The notes under the pieces: generated by a model
Told to the model about the DNA's origin: nothing
Seen by the model: only the letters and a program-made list of their open reading frames with translations
Database searches by the model: none
Source: Alphaproteobacteria bacterium MedPE-SWcel
GTDB taxonomy: Bacteria > Pseudomonadota > Alphaproteobacteria > Rhodobacterales > Rhodobacteraceae
Assembly (NCBI GenBank): GCA_001874255.1
Contig: MPDC01000009.1
Location: 30,490 to 94,489, forward strand
Length of the DNA stretch: 64,000 nt
Reading direction: 5' to 3'
Shown: in pieces, positions 10,393-19,704 of the stretch
How the letters are laid out: each line of letters opens with the position of its first letter
How positions within the stretch are numbered: position 1 is the first letter of the stretch
Position numbers and translations under genes: made by a program

Positions 10393-13300
10393 CTATGATC
10401 CCGGCGGGTCGGGGTCGGGGTCCGCGCGGCCAAGGGAACCTGTCTGCACCGCGCGGGCTTCCTGCAACGCCACAGCCGCACCCGAGAGATGGCCGGACAC
10501 CATCTGCAGCAATTGCAGCGCCACCGAAATGTCGCTTTCAATGACGGTTCGGTATTCTTCGGCGCCGATCCGCAGGAAAACGCAATCCTCTGCCGCGATC
10601 AGATCCAAGCGGCGCGGCTCGTCCACGATGACCGCCAGATCACCGATCAGCCGACCGGGGCCAACCATGTTCAGATGGCCCTGCTCTCCTGGAAAGCGGA
10701 GCTCCGCCTGACCCGACAGGCACAGATATACCGCATCGCCGGCCTCGCCCGCGCGAAAGACCGCCGCCCCGGTCGGAACGCGGACCCAGGACGCCGAAAA
10801 CGCCAACAATCGCCGGTGCCGGGCGTCCAGAGGCCGGAACAGCTCCACATCGCTGACGACCGCCAGCTTTCTGTCGAAATCGTCGCCCGCATTTTCGGCG
10901 GCGTTCCACTGTGGCCCGGCGCCGCTCCCGGTGCCGCTTGCCACCGCGTCAAGCGGGCCCTGCATGCAGCCGTCCAGACGGCCGTCCTTCAGCTCCAGAA
11001 AAAGATCGTAGCGATCCGGGTTTTCAAAATGGTTCTCGATGTGGATCATTGTGGTTTTCGGCAACAGGGTCTGTAGTCTCTTCCGGGTTTTCAGGCGACT
11101 GTCTGCATCGTGGCTCGCCAGCACCCGTTCGAGAATCAGCACATCCGGGCGTTTGATCGCCGCGCGCGTAAAGGCGGCGCGTTCGCGAAAGACCGGGGCC
11201 AGCAGCGCACCACCAAGGCCCGTCGGCAGATCATAGATCGTCAACGCAAGCCGGGCTTTCAGATCGTGATCCGCCATCACATCGGCGACCACATCCTCCA
11301 CGGCCTGCCCCTTGGCCCCGGCATGGGTGGCCACGCGGCCAAAGAGGGCGTTTTCAAGCACCGTCAGCTTGCGCGCGTACTCATCCGCCCGCAGGCGACG
11401 AAAGACACCGGCGCAGTCGGACAGCAACAGGTCACCGCGCCGGGCCCGCAGCTGCAGGATCCGGTTCTTGAAGGCCCGCGGCAGGCCGGGGCCGATCTGT
11501 TCCTCGGTCAGCAGGAACGGAAGCGTACAGAGCAGCGCGCGATCCTCCCGGCTTGGAATGTGCCCGGCTCCGTGGCGATCCGCGGCCTGCGCGATGCGCA
11601 GATAGAGATCCTCATCCAGGCCCAGCCGCTGAAACAGCGGATGTCCGGTCTCGCCCCTGCCGAAGGTTCGCTGCAATGTGTCCAGCAGCTCCAGGCTGAT
11701 GCTGCGTGTCTCCTCCTCCAGCCCTTCGGCACGCAAGACACGCTGAAACGGGCCGTCAGGATCCGTGAACAGGGCCGACGGGACCGGTTCCACCGCGAAG
11801 GCGAACATCATGTTCTCGGCCAGCGGCAAGGCCGGGTTGTAGCGGTCCGGCAGAAATCTGTAGACCACATCGCGCAGGCCCTGCTCCACCAGCCGCGCCT
11901 CGATCCGAGGACGCAAGGCGGTAATCTGGGCCTCCAGCGCCCTGTGGCGATCATGCAGCCGCGCATGCAATGTGCGATGAAAGAGCTGACCATCGACCCC
12001 CATCGCCTCGACGAGTTGAAACCACCAGTCGCGCAGATCCTGTTCGGAGCCCAATCCGGCGAGATCCGGATTGACCCAATCGGCATGGAGCGCATCCGGG
12101 CTGTTTCCCGCCCGCAGGGATTCGGCGCGCTCCGGTGCGTCCAGTTCCAGGTCAGAGGCGCGGGGACGGCTGCGCAGCGGCATCAGCACATTGTCGCCCA
12201 AAGAGCCGTCGAACAGATAGGGGGCGCTGAAGGCATAGCCGATCCGCGCGGCGATGACCCCCTGATGCAGCTCCTGCAGCGGTCGGCCCGCAATCACAAC
12301 CTCGCCGCGCGCGGGCAACACCTCCCGTGTCAGCACCTGCGCCAGCGCCTGACGTTCCGAGGCCGATGTGCTCTGGATCGCCACCTGCGCGCCCGCCGGA
12401 ATAGTGAGTGTCAGCCCATCGAGGATCGGCTTTCCCTCTGCGTCCTTGACCGTGACATCGCGCAACTCGATGGCGCCGCGCAGATGCGGCAGCTCTGGCG
12501 GCTCTCCTTCAAAAAGCCGTTCGTCGATCATGCCGGGAGGGGCAAATTTTTCTGCCATCACCTGCCAGCGCAGCGACATGTCCTGCACCTGATTGTAGTA
12601 GGTCAGCAGCTCTTTCCACGGCCCCGACAGATCCTTGTAGGCCGCCAGCGCCGCCACCAGCGCACCGACAGTGATCTCCCCCCGGATCGCCAGAACCCCG
12701 CCGACGGAATAGAAGAAAAACGGCGTCAGATGACCGATCAGGTTGTTCAGAAACTTCATGAAGAATTTCTTCGCAAAGATACGGCGGCGGATTTCGAACA
12801 AGCGGCCGAGGCGGGCCGAGACCTGCGCCAGGCGGTAGCGCCAGCCGCCATTGTTGCGCAGGTCGCTCAGCCCGGCTGCCGTTTCGCCGATCTCTGCTGC
12901 CAGTGCCCGAACCTCGGCGATACGATCCTTGTTCAGCAGGTTTATCTGACGTTGCATCATCGGAATGAGCCAGGCCTGCAGCGGAATCAGCGCAACGGAG
13001 GCAAGACCGAACCAGACACTCTGGACAAAGAGAAAGGACACGATCGTCAGCATTTGCCCGGCCTGAAAGACAGGCTGTGCCACCGCATCGCCCATCAATC
13101 CGCCCATAGGCTCTGATTCGGAGGTGATCATCGACACCATTTCGCCCTGACTGGTGGTGCGAAAGTAGCCCGACGGGAACCGCATCATCCGCGCGATCAT
13201 CTGATAGCGCAACCGGCGCAGCAGGCGCTCTGACATGATGCCTTTCACCGTGTTCAACCGCATCTTCATGATGCCGCTGGCCACGACCGCGCCAAGAAAG

Positions 13301-13515
13301 GCAAAGCACAACAGCAGCAGATAATCCTCGGAGGACAGCCACCGCCCCCACAGCTCGACCATCTCGGTCGGTGAGCCGATGGCATCGTTCACAATCCGTT
13401 TGGGCAGTTCCAGCGTGGCATAGAGAAACGGAAAAGTCAGCACGGTCAAAAGCAAGAGACCCAGCTGCTGCCGTTTTGAATACCGCCAGATGAAGGCAAA
13501 CAGGCTCGGCTCCAC
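10393..13515 (-). CDS. ABC exporter-like protein: TMD + degenerate, interrupted NBD + C-terminal cyclic-nucleotide-binding domain
   Basis: N-terminal ABC transmembrane domain; NBD-like segments split by a large insert; C-terminal VFRAGEAGDAVY...IGDLAVIVDEPR cNMP fold. Confidence 0.85.
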   Translation of the reverse strand: MEPSLFAFIWRYSKRQQLGLLLLTVLTFPFLYATLELPKRIVNDAIGSPTEMVELWGRWLSSEDYLLLLCFAFLGAVVASGIMKMRLNTVKGIMSERLLRRLRYQMIARMMRFPSGYFRTTSQGEMVSMITSESEPMGGLMGDAVAQPVFQAGQMLTIVSFLFVQSVWFGLASVALIPLQAWLIPMMQRQINLLNKDRIAEVRALAAEIGETAAGLSDLRNNGGWRYRLAQVSARLGRLFEIRRRIFAKKFFMKFLNNLIGHLTPFFFYSVGGVLAIRGEITVGALVAALAAYKDLSGPWKELLTYYNQVQDMSLRWQVMAEKFAPPGMIDERLFEGEPPELPHLRGAIELRDVTVKDAEGKPILDGLTLTIPAGAQVAIQSTSASERQALAQVLTREVLPARGEVVIAGRPLQELHQGVIAARIGYAFSAPYLFDGSLGDNVLMPLRSRPRASDLELDAPERAESLRAGNSPDALHADWVNPDLAGLGSEQDLRDWWFQLVEAMGVDGQLFHRTLHARLHDRHRALEAQITALRPRIEARLVEQGLRDVVYRFLPDRYNPALPLAENMMFAFAVEPVPSALFTDPDGPFQRVLRAEGLEEETRSISLELLDTLQRTFGRGETGHPLFQRLGLDEDLYLRIAQAADRHGAGHIPSREDRALLCTLPFLLTEEQIGPGLPRAFKNRILQLRARRGDLLLSDCAGVFRRLRADEYARKLTVLENALFGRVATHAGAKGQAVEDVVADVMADHDLKARLALTIYDLPTGLGGALLAPVFRERAAFTRAAIKRPDVLILERVLASHDADSRLKTRKRLQTLLPKTTMIHIENHFENPDRYDLFLELKDGRLDGCMQGPLDAVASGTGSGAGPQWNAAENAGDDFDRKLAVVSDVELFRPLDARHRRLLAFSASWVRVPTGAAVFRAGEAGDAVYLCLSGQAELRFPGEQGHLNMVGPGRLIGDLAVIVDEPRRLDLIAAEDCVFLRIGAEEYRTVIESDISVALQLLQMVSGHLSGAAVALQEARAVQTGSLGRADPDPDPPGS

Positions 13516-13814
13516 GCCTTGTCCTTTCAGTCAGTCAGGGACGCCGTGGGGCGCGGGGCATTTGCTTCAGATGACACAATCCCGCGTTCAAAGGAAACTG
13601 AAACTCCGGGCATCGGGCATCGGACACAGGGTCAGGGCAGTGTCACGTGAAGGGGCGTCAGGTAAGCGTGTTCTCGCCTCAATTCAAGGGATCGTCGGCC
13701 AGTCTCGGATAGGCCTTGTCCCATTTCAAGGCTGCGTTTACACCTTTTGGGTAAGCAAAACAGGGCGTCCGACCTCCGTTGGGACAATATCGGTCGCCGG
13801 CCACGAGGACAGAT

Positions 13815-14618
13815 GTGATCGACACGCGGATACAGACAGCAGGCGGAGCCTCGCTCCACGGCATATTGCAGCGGGCGGGCGTAGTCCTGCTGCGCGCGAT
13901 TGCGCTCTGTATCGCGCCCCTTGTTCTGGTGGGATGCATGGAAGGCAATCGGCTGGCCTTCGCCCCACCCGGAGAGGAGCTGTCGCATCCCGGGCTGACC
14001 CGGGGCCGTGCGCTGACTGCTGTTTTCGGCGAGGGAAAGCTCATTCTGGCAGCGCCCAACGGGTTCTGCTTTGACGCCCAAATGGAGGAACATACCTCCA
14101 CCGGTGGGTTCGCCCTGCTGGCTCGCTGCGAACGGCTCAGCGCGTTCGGACGGCTCCGCGCGAATGAGGGTGCATTGCTCACCGCGACCGTTGGCTCGGT
14201 AGCAGAAGACACCCCCACTCCCTCGGCCGAGGCCTTGCGGACGGCCTTCACCGCCTCCCGCACGGCTGCACGGGTTCTGGAAACGCGCCGGGACACCGAA
14301 ATTCCGCTGGTCAAAGTGCATCTGGACGGCCATTCCGCTGCCGGCGCCAGCGGCACCCATTGGCGCGGTGCATTTGTGGTGCGCGGCCATCTGGTCTCGG
14401 TGGCGCTGTATGCGCCGGACGGCAGCAGTTTTCTGGGCGAAAAAGGGGCTCGGCTGATCCGGGAATTCATGCGCGCGACGCGCAACGCCACCCAGTTGGC
14501 CAAGGTCACGACACCAGCGTCGCCGGGAGAGTCGGCTCCTTTGCGCAGCAAACGCCCCCTCGCCCGGACAGCCCCCCAAAGCACCACCACCCAAGCCGCC
14601 ATCGCGGCCAAAGGGTGA
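13815..14618 (+). CDS. Uncharacterised probable lipoprotein
   Basis: Hydrophobic segment ending in lipobox LVG-C; GAGGA before GTG 13815 (TTG 13866 is an alternative start); occupies an otherwise empty 800 bp. Confidence 0.6.
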   Translation: MIDTRIQTAGGASLHGILQRAGVVLLRAIALCIAPLVLVGCMEGNRLAFAPPGEELSHPGLTRGRALTAVFGEGKLILAAPNGFCFDAQMEEHTSTGGFALLARCERLSAFGRLRANEGALLTATVGSVAEDTPTPSAEALRTAFTASRTAARVLETRRDTEIPLVKVHLDGHSAAGASGTHWRGAFVVRGHLVSVALYAPDGSSFLGEKGARLIREFMRATRNATQLAKVTTPASPGESAPLRSKRPLARTAPQSTTTQAAIAAKG

Positions 14619-14751
14619 TTGCACCTCGCAGAGCGGCAAAGGCCGTGGCGCAGAAACGGCTTTGTGCATAGCCTCTAATTGTTTAATATGGCAAACAAAA
14701 CCGGGCGAAACGCACGGGCAGAACACGCGAGAACGCAACCCCGGGGGCAGC

Positions 14752-15513
14752 ATGGGCAGACTCCTTGAACGACTGTTGAACGCGGGCACATTGCGCCGCT
14801 GGCAGACGGCCGCCCGCGGGGCAGCCACGGCACCGCTTTCCCGCCTGCGCAGGCAGCGCAACCAGGCCCGCAAATTGCGCCTCCATCTGGATCAGCTCAT
14901 CCATACTGCCGACAGCCGACTGGCATTGCCGCTCATCGGGTCGTCCTATTTCCCGCGCCCCCAGGGCACCGAATGGTCCTGGCGGCCAGAGCTGTGGCGC
15001 GGCCCGCTACCGGTTCCCGGCCTGTCCTCGGTGCCCAGCAAGACCCGGCTTGGCAATGAGGTGCAGTTGTTTCATGACTGCGCGATTTCCGAACTGACCC
15101 TGCGGCAATTGCGCAACCTGCGCGAAGAAGATCTGGCTCCCTTCGGCCTGCGCATGGATGTGTTCAAATTCGATGGCTCTTTTCTGTCCCTCGTTGTGGA
15201 TATCCCTGTCGAGGCGGCCATCGGTCTGACCCGTCAACACCTGTTCCGAATGGACTGCATTGTCGAAACCGAGCAACCGATCGAGATTTTCGCCCGCCTC
15301 AATGTCAAACACGGTCCCAATACCGAACAATTGGTCAGAGAATTGCCTCCGGGCGAGAAAAACGTCACCGTTGAATACGATCTGGCCTATTCGAGGTTGA
15401 ACGAGAAGCGGATCGAGAAAATCTGGATGGATCTGATCTTTGAAGCCCCTGATCTGAACCAGGTCATTCTGCGTGACGTGACCTTCGCCCGCTATCGCCG
15501 CGCCAATATCTGA
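14752..15513 (+). CDS. Uncharacterised protein (resembles DUF6478-type Rhodobacterales proteins; family call from memory)
   Basis: 253-aa ORF with natural composition, helical N-terminus and beta-rich C-terminal domain. Confidence 0.75.
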   Translation: MGRLLERLLNAGTLRRWQTAARGAATAPLSRLRRQRNQARKLRLHLDQLIHTADSRLALPLIGSSYFPRPQGTEWSWRPELWRGPLPVPGLSSVPSKTRLGNEVQLFHDCAISELTLRQLRNLREEDLAPFGLRMDVFKFDGSFLSLVVDIPVEAAIGLTRQHLFRMDCIVETEQPIEIFARLNVKHGPNTEQLVRELPPGEKNVTVEYDLAYSRLNEKRIEKIWMDLIFEAPDLNQVILRDVTFARYRRANI

Positions 15514-15535
15514 TCGCCACGTCTGGAGACCCATC

Positions 15536-15913
15536 ATGAGCGCCCTGACCCTCAGCAAGATCCGCTTTTGCAACGGCACCTGGGAAGGCCAGATCGACGG
15601 CGCACCGGCATCCGGTGCCCCTCCCGCGATTTCAGTCCGGCTGCTGGACCGAATAGTCGACACCGTTTCTGTCAGTGAGGGCGAGGCGCCGGGCACCTGG
15701 ACCCTCGCCGTTGAAATCCCGCCCGACGCAATCGGGGATGGGGTGCAGACCTTTGTCATCTACGACGCCAAGGCCGACCGGAAACTGGGAGATTTCACCC
15801 TGATTGCCGGTGATCCGCTGACCGACGACCTGCGCGCCGAGGTGGCCTTGCTGCGGGCGGAACTGGATATGCTGAAACGCGCGTTTCGCCGTCACTGCCT
15901 CGAAACCACCTGA
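15536..15913 (+). CDS. Uncharacterised protein (beta-rich N-terminus, C-terminal coiled coil)
   Basis: GGAG before ATG; 22 bp after upstream gene; C-terminal DDLRAEVALLRAELDMLKRAFRRH heptads. Confidence 0.75.
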   Translation: MSALTLSKIRFCNGTWEGQIDGAPASGAPPAISVRLLDRIVDTVSVSEGEAPGTWTLAVEIPPDAIGDGVQTFVIYDAKADRKLGDFTLIAGDPLTDDLRAEVALLRAELDMLKRAFRRHCLETT

Positions 15914-15948
15914 AACGCGCCACGCGGTACAGACAGTGCCGCCTGCGG

Positions 15949-17019
15949 CTACGCGCTCTGCACGGATCGCACAAAGCTGCGTTCGATCTCGATCAGGCGC
16001 TGCTTGCGCCACAGCCCGCCCCCGTAGCCGGTCAAGGCACCATCCGCCCCCAAAACCCGGTGGCAGGGGATCATGACCGCGATCTGATTGGCCCCATTCG
16101 CCCGCGCCACTGCCCGGCTTGACCCCGGACGCCCAAGGTCTTTGGCCAGCGCGCCATAGCTGCGCGTTTCGCCGGGCGGGATCTCCCGCAGCGCCCGCCA
16201 GACCTCGGCCTCAAACGCGGTTCCGTGATAGGCGAGCGGCGTTTCGAATTGCGCCCTCTCGCCCGCAAAATAGCGCGAGAGCTCCTCTGCGGCCTGATCG
16301 GTCACGGCCGGGCGGCCAAAGCCTATTCCGCCGGGTTGTCGCTTTTGCAGTTTCGCCACTTCGCGCGGCAGCGCCTTGCGGTCCGCGAACTCGAGAAGGT
16401 GCAACTGATGCTGGCAGGCCACCGCCACCATCGCGCCAAGAGGCGTCTCGATCCAGTCGGCAAGCAACTGCGCGTCCCTGCGGAACATCCCCGGCGCGAT
16501 CCCGACCCGCCGGGCAAAGGCGGCGCGAAACGCACTGGCGCTTTCGAACCCCGCATCGATCTGCGCTGCAACCACCGATTCGCCTGCGCTGAGCGTCGTG
16601 AAACCTTCGCGTAGTCGCCGTTGCCGGGCCATCTCCAGAAAGGTCATGCCGAATTGCCGTTTGAAAGCCCGGCGCACCGTGGACGGATCCGCCCCCGTCG
16701 CGGCAACATCCGCTTCGGTCCAGCGATGGGCGGGGCGGCGGTCCAGCGCCACCAGCAGATCCCGGACGACCGGGTCGTTTCCCGCCGCCGCATTCAGCGG
16801 GTGGCAGCGTTTGCAGGCCCGAAAACCCGCCTCGATACAGGCCCCCGGTGTCGGAAAGAACTGACAGTTTTCATACTTCGGTTTTCGCGCCGGACAGGTC
16901 AGGCGGCAGAAGATACCAGTCGAGGTCACGCCCACGTAAGCGCGCCCGTCATAGGCGGCGTCCCGCTTCAGAAGCGCGGCGTAGAGGGTCGGGGAATCGG
17001 GCAGGTCAAACATCGTCAT
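15949..17019 (-). CDS. ada: Ada-type transcriptional activator / methylphosphotriester and O6-methylguanine DNA methyltransferase
   Basis: Zn ligands FCRLTC...CKRCH, AraC-type HTH region, and C-terminal PCHRV active site. Confidence 0.92.
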   Translation of the reverse strand: MTMFDLPDSPTLYAALLKRDAAYDGRAYVGVTSTGIFCRLTCPARKPKYENCQFFPTPGACIEAGFRACKRCHPLNAAAGNDPVVRDLLVALDRRPAHRWTEADVAATGADPSTVRRAFKRQFGMTFLEMARQRRLREGFTTLSAGESVVAAQIDAGFESASAFRAAFARRVGIAPGMFRRDAQLLADWIETPLGAMVAVACQHQLHLLEFADRKALPREVAKLQKRQPGGIGFGRPAVTDQAAEELSRYFAGERAQFETPLAYHGTAFEAEVWRALREIPPGETRSYGALAKDLGRPGSSRAVARANGANQIAVMIPCHRVLGADGALTGYGGGLWRKQRLIEIERSFVRSVQSA

Positions 17020-17105
17020 GCCTCTGTTTTAGACGGATACATCCCACCGTGCCGCCGAAATTCGGGCGCCTATTCTGAAATTCCGTCACCGCATGCGCTG
17101 AGGTC

Positions 17106-17134
17106 AAAAAAGGCCGCCCCGACGGGGCGACCTT
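17106..17134 (-). terminator. Rho-independent terminator of ctpA
   Basis: Minus strand AAGGTCGCCCC-GTC-GGGGCGGCC followed by TTTTTT. Confidence 0.8.
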
Positions 17135-17195
17135 CTGGAAAGACAATGAACCGGTCCCCATCAGAGGGGAATTCCGGGAGAGGCAGTCCGGGAGA

Positions 17196-18533
17196 TCAGT
17201 CTTTCGGACCCAATGCCGACAACCCTTTGAGGATATCGATCGCATAGGCCAGCTGGTAGTCGTCCTCACGCAGCTGCGCCGCTTTCTCGGCTTTTTCGCG
17301 GTCGGCCTCGATCTGACGGACCTCATCCTCGGACAGGCTGTCATTGTTCAGGCTGCCCCTCAGATCTGCCTCGGAGCGCTGACTGAAAACGCTGCTGGCA
17401 GGTTCTTCCTCCTCGGTCTCGGGACGGCGGCGCGGTTGCTCCACAACGATGTCAGGGCTGACGCCCAGTGCCTGGATCGAACGGCCGGACGGCGTGTAAT
17501 ACCGCGCCGTGGTCAGGCGCATGGCACCATCGCCGCGCAATGGCATCACCGTCTGCACAGAGCCCTTGCCGAAGGATTTGGTGCCGACCACGATCGCCCG
17601 GCGGTGATCCTGCAGGGCCCCCGCGACGATCTCGGATGCCGAGGCCGATCCCCCGTTGATCAGCACGACAACAGGCTTGCCCCCGACCAGATCGCCCGGC
17701 GTGGCGTTGAAGCGTTCGCCATCTTCGGGGTTGCGTCCCCGCGTCGAGACGATCTCGCCGCTTTCCAGGAAACTGTCGGCAACGCTGATCGCCTGATTGA
17801 GCAACCCGCCCGGATTGTTGCGCAGATCCAGCACGATACCGTTGACACTGTCCATGCCGCCCAGTTCCTCGATCTGCTCGCGCAGGCTTTCCTCGAGGTT
17901 GGGCGTGGTCTGTTCGTTGAAGGTGGTGACGCGCAGCACCACGGTGTCGCCCTCGGTGCGGGCCCGCACAGCCGTCATGGTGATGGTGTCGCGGATGATC
18001 GAGATGTCGAACGGCTCATCCTCGCCTTCGCGCACCACGGTGATGATGATCTCGGAGCCCACCGGGCCGCGCATCAGCTCTACCGCCTCGTCCAGCGACA
18101 GGCCCAGAAGGCTCTCGCCATCGACGTGGGTGATGAAATCGCCCGCCTCGACCCCGGCCTCATCTGCCGGGGTGCCGTCCATCGGCGAGACCACCTTGAC
18201 GAAACCGTCTTCCTGAGTGACCTCGATGCCAAGCCCGCCGAATTCGCCCCGGGTCTGGACGCGCATCTTGCTGGCGTCATCCGGCGACAGGTAGCTGGAA
18301 TGCGGATCAAGCGATTGCAGCATGCCCCCGATGGCCGCCTCGATCAGCTCGGTTTCATCCACGTCTTCGACATATTGCGCGCGGATACGCTCAAAGATGT
18401 CGCCGAACAGGTCAAGCTGCTCGTAGACGCTCGTCTCGTTGCTTTCCTGAGCCAGCAAGGGGGCCGCCACATAGGTCGTCGCCACAATGCCCGCAAGCGT
18501 GCCGCCCAGAGCCGCCATCGCAAATTTCTTCAT
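17196..18533 (-). CDS. ctpA: S41 carboxyl-terminal processing protease
   Basis: Signal peptide, PDZ region (GGLGIEV), LDLRNNPGGLL, SASASEIVAGALQD and GKGSVQ. Confidence 0.93.
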   Translation of the reverse strand: MKKFAMAALGGTLAGIVATTYVAAPLLAQESNETSVYEQLDLFGDIFERIRAQYVEDVDETELIEAAIGGMLQSLDPHSSYLSPDDASKMRVQTRGEFGGLGIEVTQEDGFVKVVSPMDGTPADEAGVEAGDFITHVDGESLLGLSLDEAVELMRGPVGSEIIITVVREGEDEPFDISIIRDTITMTAVRARTEGDTVVLRVTTFNEQTTPNLEESLREQIEELGGMDSVNGIVLDLRNNPGGLLNQAISVADSFLESGEIVSTRGRNPEDGERFNATPGDLVGGKPVVVLINGGSASASEIVAGALQDHRRAIVVGTKSFGKGSVQTVMPLRGDGAMRLTTARYYTPSGRSIQALGVSPDIVVEQPRRRPETEEEEPASSVFSQRSEADLRGSLNNDSLSEDEVRQIEADREKAEKAAQLREDDYQLAYAIDILKGLSALGPKD

Positions 18534-18540
18534 CTCTTGC

Positions 18541-19704
18541 CTATCCACCTTGCCCGGTCCGGAACCACGTCTCAGGGTCCACGGGACTGTTTTCCATTCT
18601 GACCTCTATATAGAGCGTTTCTGTCCGGCCAGTTCCACCCCCTTCACCGCTAAGTGACAAAATCGCGCCGCTCGGCGCCGATTTGCCGCCCATCAGACCG
18701 ATGGGCGTGCCCTCGGGGATCACCTGCCCGGTCTCGCCAAAGACCTCTGCCATCCCGGAGAGAATGAACAATGTATCCGGCTGCGGTTCAAGGACGGCCA
18801 CGCGCCCCAGATCCAGAAGCGGGCCGAGATAGCGGATGGTGGCGGCCGTCGGGCTGACCACGAGCGCCCGAGGCCGGGTCGCCACCAAAATGCCGGACCG
18901 CACAACGCCCGCGGCATCGCGCTCGCCGTAGCGGCGCAGCAGCAGCCCTTCGACCGGCAGCGGCACCGCGCCGCGCTGATCCGAAATATCGGCCGAGCTG
19001 GTCTCAACCCCGTTGGCCTCTGCAATCAGGGCCAGGCCGTCGGCAAACCCGGTCAGGGTCTCGGTCGAGGAAATCAGAATCGCCGTCTGCACCGGGTCGT
19101 CCGTAAAACGTTTGGGCAGATCCTGCCGATCTGCGATTGCGGTCGACAAGGCGGCACGGGCTGCCTGCACGCCCTGCAATCCCTCTTCGAGACGCTGCGC
19201 CGCGCTTTGCTGCAGGAGGCGCAGATCGCGGACCTCCTGCAGATCGTTGCGCAGTGCATCTGCACGCGCCTGCAGCCCTGGCGTGACCTCGGCCAGCATC
19301 ATCGCCGAACGGGCCGCCCCCAAAGGGCCCGAGGGGTGCAGCATCAACACCGGCGGGGTCGAGGTTTCGATGGTGGTGATGATCCCCAGAAGGTCGGCCA
19401 CCTCATCCTCGCGCGCCTTCAACTGGGTGGTGAGCTGGGTGTCGCGCCGCGCAACCCGGCGCAATCCGTCGCGCATGGCCTGAAGACCCGCCTCATAGGC
19501 GCGCACGGTTTCGGTCAGGGCCTTGACCCGATCCCCTGCGCTCTCGGCCTGATCCATCCGCTCCGAGGCGGCCTCGAGCGCGCGCGCGGCTTCGGCGGCG
19601 GCCTCTGTCGGGGATGGAGCCGCCGCCTGCGTCGACACAGGCGCGGCCAGTCCCAGTGCCAATGCCAGTCCCAGTGCCACGATCAACGCGCGGAGGTGCA
19701 TCAT
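18541..19704 (-). CDS. envC: Murein hydrolase activator EnvC family (coiled coil + degenerate M23)
   Basis: Signal peptide, long coiled coil, C-terminal LPVEG...LYIEVR; lies between gpmI and ctpA as in the conserved cluster. Confidence 0.82.
   Translation of the reverse strand: MMHLRALIVALGLALALGLAAPVSTQAAAPSPTEAAAEAARALEAASERMDQAESAGDRVKALTETVRAYEAGLQAMRDGLRRVARRDTQLTTQLKAREDEVADLLGIITTIETSTPPVLMLHPSGPLGAARSAMMLAEVTPGLQARADALRNDLQEVRDLRLLQQSAAQRLEEGLQGVQAARAALSTAIADRQDLPKRFTDDPVQTAILISSTETLTGFADGLALIAEANGVETSSADISDQRGAVPLPVEGLLLRRYGERDAAGVVRSGILVATRPRALVVSPTAATIRYLGPLLDLGRVAVLEPQPDTLFILSGMAEVFGETGQVIPEGTPIGLMGGKSAPSGAILSLSGEGGGTGRTETLYIEVRMENSPVDPETWFRTGQGG

Noticed and set aside
14722-14735. 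LexA box GAAC...GAAC upstream of the 14752 gene
   Set aside because: The spacer is 6 nt (GAAC-ACGCGA-GAAC), not the required 7.
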